DNA from: Pseudomonadota bacterium | GTDB lineage: Bacteria > Pseudomonadota > Gammaproteobacteria > Burkholderiales > Gallionellaceae | NCBI GenBank assembly: GCA_021782365.1 | Contig: JAJXVB010000008.1 | Location: forward strand, 64,287 to 128,286 | DNA: 64,000 bases | Direction: 5' to 3' | In this document: in pieces, positions 30,331 to 41,394 of the stretch | Layout of the letters: the number at the start of each line of letters is the position of its first letter | Position numbering within the stretch: the stretch's first letter is position 1 | Notes under the pieces: model-generated | Told to the model about the DNA's origin: nothing | Databases searched by the model: none | The model's input: the letters and a program-made list of their open reading frames with translations, nothing else | Position numbers and translations under genes: made by a program

Positions 30331-30370
30331 GGGATCAAGTGGTAAAAAGTGGGTAATTGTGGGAGGTGGG
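30329..30370 (+). promoter_or_regulatory. MraZ operator: phased GTGG(G/T) direct repeats
   Basis: GTGGG at 30329, GTGGT at 30339, GTGGG at 30349 and GTGGG at 30359 lie at exact 10-bp spacing, with a further GTGGG at 30366. This matches the TGGGN-plus-5-nt-spacer repeat architecture known for E. coli MraZ. Confidence 0.65.
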
Positions 30371-30817
30371 ATGTTTCAGGGGGCGGCGCAACTCAATCTG
30401 GATGGCAAGGGCAGGCTTGCGATACCCGCTAGGTATCGCGATGTTCTGCTGGGCGCCTGTTCAGGAAATCTTGTGCTGACTGCCGATGTTGATGGATGCC
30501 TCCTGATCTATGCGCAGCCCGAGTGGCTGCCGATACGCGACAAGCTGAACAAGCTTTCCTCATTCAATCCCAGAAGCCGTGCATTGCAGCGCCTCCTGGT
30601 CGGGCATGCGGAGGATGTGGTGATGGATAGTGCGGGCCGCGTGCTGATATCCCCGGTTTTGCGCAGCTATGCTTCTCTCGACAAGAGCGTGATGCTGATC
30701 GGTCAGGGCAACAAATTCGAACTTTGGGATGAGGCGAAGTGGCAGGCTCAGCAGCAGGCTGCGCTTTCGCTCATGGAGGGTGATCTGCCGGCCGAGCTGG
30801 ACGGGTTCTCGTTGTGA
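30371..30817 (+). CDS. mraZ: division/cell wall cluster transcriptional regulator MraZ
   Basis: Starts at ATG 30371: [23 protein letters not shown]... plus a second SpoVT/AbrB-like repeat ([13 protein letters not shown]). Confidence 0.95.
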   Translation: MFQGAAQLNLDGKGRLAIPARYRDVLLGACSGNLVLTADVDGCLLIYAQPEWLPIRDKLNKLSSFNPRSRALQRLLVGHAEDVVMDSAGRVLISPVLRSYASLDKSVMLIGQGNKFELWDEAKWQAQQQAALSLMEGDLPAELDGFSL

Positions 30818-31746
30818 GCGCGACGCTCGCGCACGAGACCGTTTTGTTGGATGAAGCAGTCGATGCGCTCGAAATCAAGCCTGACGGAATCTATGTGGAC
30901 GGCACTTTCGGACGAGGCGGGCACAGCTCGCTGATATTGCAGCGGCTCAACGAAAACGGACGGCTGATCGCGCTGGACAAGGATGTGGCTGCAGTTGAGC
31001 ATGGGCGGACTCTGAATGATGAAAGGTTTCGCATCGAGCACAGCGGATTTGCGCATCTGGAAGAGATGCTCGACAAACTCGATGTGGATCTCGTGGACGG
31101 GATATTGCTCGACCTCGGTGTTTCCTCTCCTCAGCTTGATGAAGTCGGGCGCGGCTTCAGCTTCAGGTTCGATGCGCCGCTTGACATGCGCATGGATATG
31201 AGCCGCGGTTTGACTGCGGCGCAATGGCTTGAAAGTGTTGATGAGACTGAGCTTGCGGAGGTTATACGTGAATACGGCGAAGAGCGGTTTGCTAGGCAGA
31301 TTGCAAGAGCGATTGTTGCTGCGCGGGCGACGCAACCCGTCAAGACCACGCGGCAGCTCGTCGAGCTGGTTGGCAAGGCGGTACGTACCCGTGAAGCCGG
31401 CAAAAACCCGGCGACGCGGACTTTTCAGGCTATACGGATTTATCTCAATCAGGAACTCGAGGAGCTAGAGCAAGTGCTGCCTCAGTGCATATCAAGACTC
31501 AAACCGGGCGGACGTCTCGTGGTGATCAGTTTTCATTCCCTGGAGGATCGCATCGTCAAGCGTTTCATGCGCGACATGGCAGAGGCTGACAAGCTGCCGC
31601 GCAATGTCCCTATACGCGCAAGCGAAGTTCCGATGGGCAAATTGAGGCTGGTCGGGCGCGCTGTGCGGCCGGGTGCAAATGAGGTACAGCGTAATCCTCG
31701 TTCGAGAAGTGCCGTGATGCGCGTGGCGGAGCGCAGCAATGTATAG
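30814..31746 (+). CDS. rsmH: 16S rRNA (cytosine1402-N4)-methyltransferase
   Basis: 310 aa with a GTG start (GTGA overlap with mraZ) and the motif [10 protein letters not shown]. Confidence 0.96.
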   Translation: MSATLAHETVLLDEAVDALEIKPDGIYVDGTFGRGGHSSLILQRLNENGRLIALDKDVAAVEHGRTLNDERFRIEHSGFAHLEEMLDKLDVDLVDGILLDLGVSSPQLDEVGRGFSFRFDAPLDMRMDMSRGLTAAQWLESVDETELAEVIREYGEERFARQIARAIVAARATQPVKTTRQLVELVGKAVRTREAGKNPATRTFQAIRIYLNQELEELEQVLPQCISRLKPGGRLVVISFHSLEDRIVKRFMRDMAEADKLPRNVPIRASEVPMGKLRLVGRAVRPGANEVQRNPRSRSAVMRVAERSNV

Positions 31747-32041
31747 CAGCATCGCGAGGGGTTTTCTTCTGGCGCTGGTGATTGCGGCGGCTTTGGGTGT
31801 GGTTGATTCGCAGAATCAGGCGCGCAAGCTTTTCGTTTCGCTGCAGCAGGAGAAGGAAGAGGCGCGCCAGATGGAAGTCGAGTGGGGGCAGTTGCAGCTC
31901 GAGCAAAGCACGCTGGCCGCGCCTGCGCGCGTGGAAAGAATTGCGTCGCAACAGTTGCAGATGCAACTGCCGAAAAAGGAACAGATCAGATTCATACGCA
32001 TGGGGCAAATTTCTTCGAGCGGGGCAGGGGAGAAACCATGA
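31739..32041 (+). CDS. ftsL: cell division protein FtsL
   Basis: 100 aa with a single TM segment ([15 protein letters not shown]) followed by a coiled coil. It lies between rsmH and ftsI. Confidence 0.85.
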   Translation: MYSSIARGFLLALVIAAALGVVDSQNQARKLFVSLQQEKEEARQMEVEWGQLQLEQSTLAAPARVERIASQQLQMQLPKKEQIRFIRMGQISSSGAGEKP

Positions 32042-33783
32042 GTTATGCGGCAACAAAAGCCGAAGTGAGCAAGTTGCCGGGATGGCGTGCAACGGTGCTG
32101 TTCGCGGTGTTGCTTGGCGGACTCGCCACATTGATCGGCCGCGCGGTCTATCTCCAGGGAATACACAACGACTTTCTTCAGGAGCAGGGGAATCAGCGAT
32201 TCAGCCGTGTGATGGAGGTCAGCGCGCATCGCGGGATGATCACGGATCGAAATGGCGCGCCCTTGGCCGTGAGCACGCCGGTCGAGTCCGTTTGGGCGAG
32301 TGCGGCCGAAATCAAGCTTGGCGATCCTGCTGCAAAGCTCGACGAGAAGGATCTGCGGAAACTTGCCCAGGCGCTGAACATGCCGGAGGCCGAGATCAAG
32401 CACCGTCTTATGGATGCGACGCGCGACTTCGTTTATCTCAAAAGACAGATTCCTCCGGAAGAGTCTGGCAAGGTTGAAAGCCTGAATCTGCCGGGAATTT
32501 TCCTGCAGCACGAATACCGCAGGTATTATCCGGAAGGAGAAGAGTTTGCGCAGGTGCTGGGTTTTACCGGGCAGGACGATGTGGGTCAGGAAGGACTCGA
32601 ACTCGCATTGCAGGGCAGGCTTGCGGGCAAGCCCGGCAGCCAGCGCGTGATCAAGGACAGGCGCGGGCACATCGTGGAAGATGCAGGCAGTCTGACGCCG
32701 CCTAAGCCAGGTGCTGACATCGCATTGAGCCTGGACAGCAAGATGCAGCATCTGGCCTATCGCGAGCTGGCTCTTGCCGTAAAAGAGCATCAGGCCAAGG
32801 CGGGTGCGATCGTGGTGCTTGATGCAAAAAGCGGTGAAGTGCTGGCCCTTGCCGATTATCCCAGCTACAACCCGAACAATCACGAGCACGTGAGCCCTCA
32901 GAGGATGCGCAACCGTGCTGAGACGGACGAGTTCGAGCCTGGCTCGACGATGAAGCCATTCACCATAGGGACTGCATTGAATCTCGGCAAGGTGACGCCC
33001 AATACCGAGATCAATACCGAAAACGGCGTGTTCACGCTGGGCAACAGGAAGATACACGACACGCATCCAGAGCCTGAGCTTACGGTATCGCAAGTCATCC
33101 AGAAATCGAGCAACGTGGGCGCTTCGAAGATTTCATTGATGCTGAACCCGGACTCGCTCTGGCAAACCTTTCACACAGCCGGATTTGGCGGGCATACAGG
33201 CAGCGATTTTCCTGGGGAGGCGATAGGCAGGCTGCGGGATGCAAAGACATGGAAGCCGATCGAGCAGGCGACCATGTCCTACGGGCACGGCATATCCGTG
33301 AATCTTTTGCAGCTTGCAAGGGCTTACACGATCTTCGCGGATGGCGGGGAAGTGCTCCCCGTCTCTCTCCTGAGGCTCAATCAGCCCGCAGTCGGTCATC
33401 AGGTGTTTTCGAGAAAGACCGCGGATGAATTGAAGCCCATGCTCGAGTCGGTGGTCATGCCGGGTGGCACGGCGCCGTTAGCGCAGGTCGCAGGCTACCG
33501 GGTTGCGGGAAAGACGGGCACCGCTCACAAGCTCGAGGGCGGGCGCTATGTCAACCGCTATGTTGCCTCTTTTGTCGGAATGGCCCCGGTCAGTTCGCCT
33601 CGTCTGATCGTGGCCGTGATGATAGATGAGCCAAGCGGCAAGGAATATTACGGCGGACAGGTTGCAGCACCCGTGTTCAGCAAGGTGATGGGTGCTGCGC
33701 TGCACATGCTGAATGTGCCCAACGATGCGCCTCTGGATAACGTGATCCCGCCGCCAGCCGAAATCATCAAGGAGGAAGTGTGA
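32038..33783 (+). CDS. ftsI: peptidoglycan D,D-transpeptidase FtsI (PBP3)
   Basis: Starts at ATG 32038, an ATGA overlap with ftsL. It has the SxxK motif (STMK), the SxN motif (SSN) and the KTG motif (KTGT). Confidence 0.95.
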   Translation: MSYAATKAEVSKLPGWRATVLFAVLLGGLATLIGRAVYLQGIHNDFLQEQGNQRFSRVMEVSAHRGMITDRNGAPLAVSTPVESVWASAAEIKLGDPAAKLDEKDLRKLAQALNMPEAEIKHRLMDATRDFVYLKRQIPPEESGKVESLNLPGIFLQHEYRRYYPEGEEFAQVLGFTGQDDVGQEGLELALQGRLAGKPGSQRVIKDRRGHIVEDAGSLTPPKPGADIALSLDSKMQHLAYRELALAVKEHQAKAGAIVVLDAKSGEVLALADYPSYNPNNHEHVSPQRMRNRAETDEFEPGSTMKPFTIGTALNLGKVTPNTEINTENGVFTLGNRKIHDTHPEPELTVSQVIQKSSNVGASKISLMLNPDSLWQTFHTAGFGGHTGSDFPGEAIGRLRDAKTWKPIEQATMSYGHGISVNLLQLARAYTIFADGGEVLPVSLLRLNQPAVGHQVFSRKTADELKPMLESVVMPGGTAPLAQVAGYRVAGKTGTAHKLEGGRYVNRYVASFVGMAPVSSPRLIVAVMIDEPSGKEYYGGQVAAPVFSKVMGAALHMLNVPNDAPLDNVIPPPAEIIKEEV

Positions 33784-35306
33784 TGATGAGGCGAACAGGG
33801 GATGTGGAGAGGATGAAGGAACTCCTGGTTTCCGTTTTGGACACGCTCCCGCCGAATACCCGTCTCGTGACGGACAGTCGGCGCGTCAAAAAAGGCGATG
33901 CATTTCTGGCTTATCCGGGAGAAAAGGCCGACGGGCGCAATCACATCGAGCAGGCGATCCTTCATGGCGCGGGTCTCGTGATCTACGAGGAACGAAACTT
34001 TTCCTGGAATCAGGATTGGCAAGTGGAACATTTGCCCGTTTCCGATCTGCGCCACAAGGCGGGATATATCGCAGACGCGGTTTATGGATATCCTTCTGAA
34101 AAGCTCTGGATGGCGGGCGTGACCGGAACCAACGGCAAGACTTCGACCTGCCACTGGATTGCGCAGGCTATGGCAAGCCTTGGCAAAAAATGTGCGCTGA
34201 TCGGAACCCTGGGTAACGGTTTCGCAGGAAAACTTGAGCCGAGTGTCAATACCACGCCGGATGTGGTCCTGTTGCATGAACTGCTGGCGCAATACCTGGG
34301 TTTGGGTGCAAGCGCCGTTGCGATGGAAGTTTCCTCTCATGCGCTGAGCCAGGGCAGGGTCAACGGCGTGCGCTTCGATGTTGCGCTCCTGACCAATCTT
34401 AGCCGCGATCATCTCGACTACCACGGAGACATGGAAAGCTATGCGGCAGCCAAGCGAAAACTCTTCGAATGGGAGACGCTGAGGCACGCAGTGGTCAACC
34501 TCGACGATGCGTTCGGAATGGAGACGGCCGTGAGGCTCCTTGAAAAGGAAGTCGAGGTCATAGGCTACGGGTTGACGGATGAAGCATTGCGATTTGCCGA
34601 ACGACACGGCATGCGCATGGTGTTCGGGAAGCTAGTGAAAATGAGCACGGATGGCCTGGGCATCGAAGTTTATTCGAGCTGGGGCATGGGCGAACTTGAA
34701 AGCAGGATGCTGGGCAAGTTCAATGCGGCCAATCTGCTGGGCGTGCTGGGCGTGCTGCTTGCGGGCGATGTGAGTCTGAACGACGCGCTTCATGCATTGC
34801 GAAATGTCGAGCCCGCCGCAGGACGCATGCAGAGGATTGGAAGAGAGGGGCTGCCTGCGGTCATCGTGGATTATGCGCACACGCCCGACGCGCTCGAAAA
34901 GGTGCTTGTCGCGCTTCGCGAGATGGGCGTGAATGGAAAACTGTATTGCGTGTTTGGCTGCGGAGGAGATCGCGACCGAGGCAAGCGCTCGATGATGGGC
35001 AGGGTGGCCGAGAAGTTTTCGGATGTCTGCATCGTCACGAGCGACAATCCCAGAAGCGAGGATCCTGCCTCGATCATCGAAGAGATCGCGAGCGAAATGG
35101 AGATGGGAAATCACGAAATCGTCATCGATCGCGCATCGGCCATAGAGCGGGCGATTCTGCTGGCCGATACTTGCGACACCGTGCTGATCGCAGGAAAGGG
35201 GCATGAAGACTACCAGGAGGTAAGGGGGTTTAGGCTGCCTTTCAGCGATGCGGATGTCGCATTGAAGGCGCTGTCTTCATGGCCTGCTGAGGGGGGTGTT
35301 CAATGA
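33783..35306 (+). CDS. murE: UDP-N-acetylmuramoyl-L-alanyl-D-glutamate--2,6-diaminopimelate ligase
   Basis: Has the GTNGKTS P-loop and a Mur ligase fold. The start is ATG 33783 (or GTG 33780) after an AAGGAGGA RBS. Confidence 0.95.
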   Translation: MMRRTGDVERMKELLVSVLDTLPPNTRLVTDSRRVKKGDAFLAYPGEKADGRNHIEQAILHGAGLVIYEERNFSWNQDWQVEHLPVSDLRHKAGYIADAVYGYPSEKLWMAGVTGTNGKTSTCHWIAQAMASLGKKCALIGTLGNGFAGKLEPSVNTTPDVVLLHELLAQYLGLGASAVAMEVSSHALSQGRVNGVRFDVALLTNLSRDHLDYHGDMESYAAAKRKLFEWETLRHAVVNLDDAFGMETAVRLLEKEVEVIGYGLTDEALRFAERHGMRMVFGKLVKMSTDGLGIEVYSSWGMGELESRMLGKFNAANLLGVLGVLLAGDVSLNDALHALRNVEPAAGRMQRIGREGLPAVIVDYAHTPDALEKVLVALREMGVNGKLYCVFGCGGDRDRGKRSMMGRVAEKFSDVCIVTSDNPRSEDPASIIEEIASEMEMGNHEIVIDRASAIERAILLADTCDTVLIAGKGHEDYQEVRGFRLPFSDADVALKALSSWPAEGGVQ

Positions 35307-36673
35307 TGAAGATCTCTGAAGCCGTCCTTGCCCTGGGCGGGAAAATCGAAGGCGAAGACGCCGAATTTTTCGCGGTCTCCACGGATACGAGAAAGATAGG
35401 CAGCGGGGATCTCTTCGTCGCGCTCAAGGGCGGGCATTTCGACGGGGCGGATTTTGCGGTGCAGGCGCTCAAATCCGGGGCCGCAGCGGTGATGGTGAAT
35501 GAAGGAAGCTGGACGGATTCGATGTCTCCCGCCCTGCTCGTTCAGGATACGCGACTGGCTTTGGGAAATCTTTCTGCATACTGGCGCAAGCAATTCGAGA
35601 TTCCGCTGGTCGCGATCACCGGCAGCAACGGCAAGACCACGGTCAAGGAGATGACCGCAGCCATTTTGCGCGCGGCGGCAGGCAGCATCGATGCCGTACT
35701 CGCAACCAAAGGCAATCTGAACAACGACATCGGCATGCCATTGACTCTGCTGCAGCTCAATAAACAGCACAGATATGCAGTCATCGAAATGGGCATGAAT
35801 CACTTTGGCGAGATAAGTTATCTCACGCGCATCGCCAAGCCCCAAATCGCGCTGATCAACAATGCAAGCGGCGCGCATCTCGAGGGGTTGGGCAGCGTTG
35901 AAGGCGTCGCACGCGCAAAAGGGGAGATCTTCGAGGGGCTTCAGGATTCCGGAATAGCGATCATCAATGCAGACGACGAACATGCGCCGCTTTGGCGCAG
36001 CCTTGCGAGCTCAAATTCCCGGCTTGAGTTCGGGCTGAATGAAAAATCAGACATCAAGGGAAGCTGGCAGCCTCATGAATCCGGACTGCGCCTCGAAGTC
36101 AGGACGCCAAAAGGGGAAATTGAAGTTTTGATGCAGGTGCCGGGAGAGCATAACGCGCGCAATGCGCTGGCGGCGATATCCATCGCGATCGCCTTGGATA
36201 TCCCTCTAAAGAGCATCGCCTCAGGGCTCGAGCACTTTTCTGGCGTGGCAGGAAGAATGCAGAGAAAGAAAGGGCGCAACGGCGCCTCCTTGATCGACGA
36301 CACCTATAACGCAAATCCTGCCTCCATGCGCGCCGCGATAAAGGTGCTCGCAAAGTCGGCTGGAAGGCGCGTGATGGTGCTGGGAGACATGGGCGAGCTG
36401 GGAAGCGATGCGGAGAGCATGCATGCCGAGATAGGCCAGTTTGCGAAGGAATCCGGCATAGAAAGGCTTTATGCGCTGGGGGAAATGAGCCGGATCGCTG
36501 CGCGCGAGTTTGGCGAGAATGCAAGGCACTTCGAGCGCATAGAAGATCTGCAAAATGAACTCGAAGGTGAATTGCAAGAAGGCACAACCCTGCTCTTCAA
36601 GGGGTCGCGCTTCATGAAGATGGAACGGGCTGTCGAATTTTGTTTGGGCGGGAAGGAAGACAAATGCTCTTAG
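35303..36673 (+). CDS. murF: UDP-N-acetylmuramoyl-tripeptide--D-alanyl-D-alanine ligase
   Basis: 456 aa with the motif [13 protein letters not shown]. It shares an ATGA overlap with murE. Confidence 0.95.
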   Translation: MMKISEAVLALGGKIEGEDAEFFAVSTDTRKIGSGDLFVALKGGHFDGADFAVQALKSGAAAVMVNEGSWTDSMSPALLVQDTRLALGNLSAYWRKQFEIPLVAITGSNGKTTVKEMTAAILRAAAGSIDAVLATKGNLNNDIGMPLTLLQLNKQHRYAVIEMGMNHFGEISYLTRIAKPQIALINNASGAHLEGLGSVEGVARAKGEIFEGLQDSGIAIINADDEHAPLWRSLASSNSRLEFGLNEKSDIKGSWQPHESGLRLEVRTPKGEIEVLMQVPGEHNARNALAAISIAIALDIPLKSIASGLEHFSGVAGRMQRKKGRNGASLIDDTYNANPASMRAAIKVLAKSAGRRVMVLGDMGELGSDAESMHAEIGQFAKESGIERLYALGEMSRIAAREFGENARHFERIEDLQNELEGELQEGTTLLFKGSRFMKMERAVEFCLGGKEDKCS

Positions 36674-37749
36674 CATTGGCGCAATGGCTGGCACAGGATG
36701 TCAGGTTTTTCAGCGTGTTCAATTACATCACGCTGCGCACCGTGCTTGCGGCGATGACCGCGCTCGTGATCTCGTTCATGGTGGGGCCTGCGATGATACG
36801 CAAGCTGACAGCCTACAAGATAGGGCAGTCGGTGCGCACGGATGGTCCTCAGACGCATCTCGTCAAGGCGGGCACCCCCACCATGGGAGGCGCGCTGATC
36901 CTGACTTCTGTCGCGATCACCACCCTGCTTTGGGGTGAGCTGCGCAACCATTACGTGTGGGTGGCGCTTCTTTCCACACTGGGTTTTGGCGTGGTCGGAT
37001 GGGTGGACGATTACCGCAAGGTGGTGCACAGGAATCCCAAGGGATTGTCGGCCAAGGTAAAGATGTTCTGGCAGTCGATCATCGCGCTGATGGTGGGCGG
37101 CTACCTTTGGCATACCGCCACGCTGCCCGCTCAGACGGAAATGATCGTGCCCTTCATGAAGCTATGGGTGCTTCCGCTGGGCGCTGTCGCATACATTGCG
37201 ATGGCCTATTTCGTGATCGTCGGGACAAGCAATGCGGTGAATCTGACCGACGGGTTGGATGGCCTTGCGATCATGCCGACCGTGATGGTGAGCGGGGCCT
37301 TGGCGATATTTTCCTATGTCGCGGGAAATGCGGTGTTTGCAAAATATCTGGGCATTCCATACATACCCGGAGCCGGAGAGCTCGCGGTGTTTTGCGGAGG
37401 CATATCCGGCGCAGGCCTGGCGTTCCTCTGGTTCAACGCCTATCCGGCGGAAGTGTTCATGGGGGATGTGGGCGCACTCGCACTGGGCGCCGCTTTGGGC
37501 GTGGTTGCGATGATCGTGCGTCAGGAGCTCGTGCTTTTCATCATGGGCGGCGTGTTCGTGGTGGAGACGCTGTCCGTGGTGATTCAGGTCGCCTCATTCA
37601 AGATGACCGGAAAGCGCGTTTTCAAGATGGCGCCGCTGCACCATCACTATGAACTCAAGGGTTGGAAAGAGACGCAGGTGGTGGTGCGATTCTGGATCAT
37701 CACCATGCTGCTGGTGCTTTTGGGATTGGCAACCTTGAAGCTGAGATGA
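36664..37749 (+). CDS. mraY: phospho-N-acetylmuramoyl-pentapeptide-transferase
   Basis: Starts at ATG 36664 (MLLALAQWL...). It has the motif [13 protein letters not shown] and is a polytopic membrane protein. Confidence 0.96.
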   Translation: MLLALAQWLAQDVRFFSVFNYITLRTVLAAMTALVISFMVGPAMIRKLTAYKIGQSVRTDGPQTHLVKAGTPTMGGALILTSVAITTLLWGELRNHYVWVALLSTLGFGVVGWVDDYRKVVHRNPKGLSAKVKMFWQSIIALMVGGYLWHTATLPAQTEMIVPFMKLWVLPLGAVAYIAMAYFVIVGTSNAVNLTDGLDGLAIMPTVMVSGALAIFSYVAGNAVFAKYLGIPYIPGAGELAVFCGGISGAGLAFLWFNAYPAEVFMGDVGALALGAALGVVAMIVRQELVLFIMGGVFVVETLSVVIQVASFKMTGKRVFKMAPLHHHYELKGWKETQVVVRFWIITMLLVLLGLATLKLR

Positions 37750-39185
37750 TGAACATGACTCAGGATACCAGGACATCATTGCAGACCAGCCCGGACGCAA
37801 AAATGCGTTCGGATGGGAAGGTATTGCTGGTGCTTGGGCTTGGAGAGACAGGGCTGTCGATGGTGCGCTGGTTTAAGGAAGAAGGCGCAAGGGTTCGCGT
37901 GGCCGACAGCAGGGAAAATCCCCCGGGTCTCGAAGATGCGGCCCGCATCGTAAGCCTGGATGACATCCGCTGCGGAAAATTCGAAGAGGCATTGCTCGAA
38001 GATGTCGGCATGATCGCGATCAGCCCTGGGGTTCCCCTCAACGATCCGTTTGTTCAGAGGGCGGTCAAGTCCGGCATCGAAATCGTGGGGGACATCGAGA
38101 TATTTGCGCGTCAACTTTCCGGGTCGGAAAGCAAGGCCAGGGTGATCGCAATCACAGGTTCAAATGGCAAGACCACGGTCACGAGCATGGTGGAGCATCT
38201 TTGCAAGGCCGCAGGAAAGGATGCCATTGCGGCAGGAAACATCTCTCCTGCGGTCCTGGATGCGGTGATGGCGCGCAAGGAAAAGCAGCCTGAGGTTTGG
38301 GTTCTTGAATTGTCGAGCTTCCAGCTCGAGACGACGGAGAGTCTCAAGCCGGACGCGGCTGTCGTGCTCAACATCAGCGAGGATCATCTCGACCGCTATG
38401 ATGGCATGGAAGAATACGCGAAAGCCAAGGAGCGCATATACCAGGGTTGCGGGATCCAGGTGCTGAACCGGGACGATGAACGCTGCATGAACATGAGGCA
38501 GGACGGAAAGCATTTCGTCACCTTTGGTTTGAACCGGCCTGAAAGGGCGACGGATTTCGGCATCGAAAGAAATGATGAGGATATCTGGCTGACAAGAGGA
38601 AGCGAGAGGCTCATCAAAACCTCGGAGCTCAAGGTTGCCGGGCTGCACAATGCCGCGAATGCACAAGCCGCGCTCGCCCTTTGCAGTTCCATAGGTCTGC
38701 CTATGCCGTCTCTGCTCGATGCATTGAAGAATTTCAAGGGACTGGCGCACCGCGTCGAGTTCGTCGCGAGCATGAACGGCGTGAGTTTTTACGATGATTC
38801 TAAGGGGACCAATGTCGGGGCAACCGTCGCCGCTCTGGAAGGGCTGGGATGCAAGTCAGTGCTGATCGCGGGAGGCGTTGGCAAGGGGCAGGACTTTTCG
38901 CCTCTCAAGCCTGTCGCAATGAAGCATGCAAGAGCCGTCGTTCTGATAGGTCAGGATGCGCCGATGATAGAGGCTGCATTGCAGGGAAGCGGGGTTGAAT
39001 TGGTCAAGGCTCGCGACATGAGAGATGCGGTTGCTTCTGCAGCGAGGCTCGCAAAGGAAAACGATGCGGTTCTGCTCTCGCCCGCCTGCGCGAGTTTTGA
39101 CATGTATAGGAATTATGCGCACCGCGCCGAGGTCTATGTCGAGGAAGTCAAAAAGCTTATCGAGGAGGGCGCATGGCTTCATTAG
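37746..39185 (+). CDS. murD: UDP-N-acetylmuramoylalanine--D-glutamate ligase
   Basis: Motifs seen: VLGLGETG and [10 protein letters not shown]. The start is uncertain: ATG 37746 overlaps the mraY stop, and ATG 37803 is the alternative. Confidence 0.92.
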   Translation: MMNMTQDTRTSLQTSPDAKMRSDGKVLLVLGLGETGLSMVRWFKEEGARVRVADSRENPPGLEDAARIVSLDDIRCGKFEEALLEDVGMIAISPGVPLNDPFVQRAVKSGIEIVGDIEIFARQLSGSESKARVIAITGSNGKTTVTSMVEHLCKAAGKDAIAAGNISPAVLDAVMARKEKQPEVWVLELSSFQLETTESLKPDAAVVLNISEDHLDRYDGMEEYAKAKERIYQGCGIQVLNRDDERCMNMRQDGKHFVTFGLNRPERATDFGIERNDEDIWLTRGSERLIKTSELKVAGLHNAANAQAALALCSSIGLPMPSLLDALKNFKGLAHRVEFVASMNGVSFYDDSKGTNVGATVAALEGLGCKSVLIAGGVGKGQDFSPLKPVAMKHARAVVLIGQDAPMIEAALQGSGVELVKARDMRDAVASAARLAKENDAVLLSPACASFDMYRNYAHRAEVYVEEVKKLIEEGAWLH

Positions 39186-40336
39186 TCAGGACAAAGACGC
39201 CTCCTCCACAGTCCCAGTTCGACGATCTTTTGATCTGGGTATTCATCGCACTCCTGTCGATAGGGCTCGTGATGGTCTATTCGTCTTCGATCGCAACCGC
39301 CGAAGGCAGCAAGTTCACGCATCACCAGGCGACCTATTATCTGCTTCGCCACGGCATGTTCATCGCGGCGGGCATCCTTGCGGGCGTGTTCGCTTTCCAG
39401 ATGCCCGTGCAGAGCTGGCAGAACTATGCGCCTTATCTCTTCACGATAGGCGCAGTGCTTTTGGTTCTCGTGCTGATACCGCATGTCGGGCGAGAGGTGA
39501 ACGGCAGCCGCCGCTGGCTGTCCCTGATGGTGATCAATCTTCAGCCTTCTGAATTGATGAAGCTCTTCGCGGTGATGTATGCGGCGGATTACACGGTGCG
39601 CAAGGGCAAGGTAAAGGATCAGCTTATCAAGGCATTCCTTCCGATAGTCGCGGTGATGATGGGTGTGGGATTCCTTCTGCTGCTGGAACCCGACATGGGC
39701 GCATTCGTCGTGATTCTTGCCATCGCGGTCTGCACGCTCTGGCTTGGCGGTTTCAATGTGAAGATGTTCGGCTTATTGCTGATCGTATTGCCCATGGGAT
39801 TCGCGGCGCTGATTCTTTCTTCCCCATACAGGTTGCACCGCGTGATCGGATTCATGGATCCCTGGGCGGATCCTTATGGCAAGGGCTATCAATTGAGCCA
39901 TGCGCTGATCGCATTCGGCAGGGGGGAATGGCTGGGCGTGGGGTTGGGTGGCAGCGTGGAAAAACTCTTCTATCTGCCGGAGGCGCATACCGATTTTCTG
40001 ATGGCTGTCATCGCGGAGGAGCTCGGGCTTGCAGGGGTTGCCTGTGTGATCCTGCTTTTCGGGTTGCTCGTGATGCGCGCATTCCAGATAGGACGCCATG
40101 CGGCGTTTTTCGATCGCAATTTTTCTGCGCTGGTCGCTCAGGGAATAGGCGTATGGATAGGCGTGCAGGCGACGATCAACATCGGCGTGAACATGGGGGT
40201 GTTGCCAACAAAGGGACTGACGCTGCCTTTCCTGAGCTTCGGCGGAAGCGGCGTGGTGATGAACTGCATCGCTGCAGCGATATTGCTCAAGGTCGACTAT
40301 GAGAACAGAAGGCTCGCGAGGGGGCTGCCGGTATGA
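39173..40336 (+). CDS. ftsW: peptidoglycan glycosyltransferase FtsW (SEDS family)
   Basis: 387 aa, a polytopic SEDS protein located between murD and murG. Confidence 0.95.
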   Translation: MASLVRTKTPPPQSQFDDLLIWVFIALLSIGLVMVYSSSIATAEGSKFTHHQATYYLLRHGMFIAAGILAGVFAFQMPVQSWQNYAPYLFTIGAVLLVLVLIPHVGREVNGSRRWLSLMVINLQPSELMKLFAVMYAADYTVRKGKVKDQLIKAFLPIVAVMMGVGFLLLLEPDMGAFVVILAIAVCTLWLGGFNVKMFGLLLIVLPMGFAALILSSPYRLHRVIGFMDPWADPYGKGYQLSHALIAFGRGEWLGVGLGGSVEKLFYLPEAHTDFLMAVIAEELGLAGVACVILLFGLLVMRAFQIGRHAAFFDRNFSALVAQGIGVWIGVQATINIGVNMGVLPTKGLTLPFLSFGGSGVVMNCIAAAILLKVDYENRRLARGLPV

Positions 40337-41394
40337 GCCGCTCGATCCTGATCATGGCAGGCGGAACAGGGGGGCATATATTCCCCGCTTTGGCCGTGGC
40401 CGATGTCTTGCGCGAAAAGGGCTGGCATGTGACCTGGCTTGGCGCGCCGCAAAGCATGGAGGCTGAGATCGTGCCCAGGCATGGCTATGAGATGGCATGG
40501 GTTCGCTTCTCCGGGCTGCGCGGCAAGGGAGTTCTGCGCAAGCTGATGCTGCCATTCAATCTATTGGTCGCGATGTGGCAGAGCGCCGTTGCACTCTTCC
40601 GATACAGGCCGGACGTCGCTCTGGGCATGGGGGGCTACATCACATTCCCCGGCGGGCTGATGGCGGCACTGCTGCGCTGCCCGCTTGCGATACACGAGCA
40701 GAATTCAGTGGCAGGACTCAGCAACAAGGCGCTATCCCGTCTTGCGGACAAGGTGCTGTCGGGATTCCCGGATGTGTTGAAAAACGCCATATGGTGCGGG
40801 AATCCGGTGCGTAGCCAGATCGAGATGCTGCCGGCGCCACAGGAGCGTTATGCGGAAAGAGAAGGCGCATTGCGGCTGATGGTGGTGGGGGGAAGCCTGG
40901 GTGCTCAGGCGCTGAATGAGGCCGTTCCCCGTGCGCTCGCAAGGCTGCCTATGGAAGAGAGGCCCAAGGTGCTGCATCAGACAGGGCGCGCGCATCATGA
41001 GTCCGTTTCCTTGCTCTATCGGGAGATGGGGGTGGAGGCGGATATCAGGCCCTTCATCGATGACATGGCAGGGAGCTATGCAGATGCCGATCTCGTGATC
41101 TGCAGGGCGGGTGCGCTGACTGTCGCGGAGCTTGCCGCAGCGGGAGTGGCCAGCCTTTTGGTGCCGTATCCATTTGCGGTGGATGATCATCAGACGCATA
41201 ACGCGAAATTTCTGAGCGACAAGGGCGCTGCGATCCTGATGCCGCAATCTCAATTGAATGCAGAGAGTCTGGCGGAATTGCTGAAGGGGTTGAGCAGGGA
41301 AAGATTGAGCGGGATGGCGCAGAAGGCGCGCGAGATGGCAAAGGCGCACGCCGCAGAAGCGGTGGCGGAAGCTTGCATGGAGTTGGGCTTATGA
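40333..41394 (+). CDS. murG: UDP-N-acetylglucosamine--N-acetylmuramyl-(pentapeptide) pyrophosphoryl-undecaprenol N-acetylglucosamine transferase
   Basis: 353 aa with the N-terminal motif [12 protein letters not shown]. It shares an ATGA overlap with ftsW. Confidence 0.96.
   Translation: MSRSILIMAGGTGGHIFPALAVADVLREKGWHVTWLGAPQSMEAEIVPRHGYEMAWVRFSGLRGKGVLRKLMLPFNLLVAMWQSAVALFRYRPDVALGMGGYITFPGGLMAALLRCPLAIHEQNSVAGLSNKALSRLADKVLSGFPDVLKNAIWCGNPVRSQIEMLPAPQERYAEREGALRLMVVGGSLGAQALNEAVPRALARLPMEERPKVLHQTGRAHHESVSLLYREMGVEADIRPFIDDMAGSYADADLVICRAGALTVAELAAAGVASLLVPYPFAVDDHQTHNAKFLSDKGAAILMPQSQLNAESLAELLKGLSRERLSGMAQKAREMAKAHAAEAVAEACMELGL

Noticed and set aside
30275-30370. N-terminal extension of mraZ suggested by the track ORF (start at 30275, 180 aa).
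   Set aside because: The extension would be translated from the promoter/operator DNA itself (-35, -10 and GTGGG boxes). MraZ proteins begin MF(Q/R)G..., exactly as at ATG 30371, which also has a GGGAGG RBS.
30329-30370. Short regularly spaced repeats considered as a mini CRISPR-like or tandem-repeat array.
   Set aside because: The repeat unit is only 5 nt with a 10-bp period and lies directly upstream of mraZ. This is the known MraZ operator architecture, not a CRISPR array, and there are no cas genes in the window.
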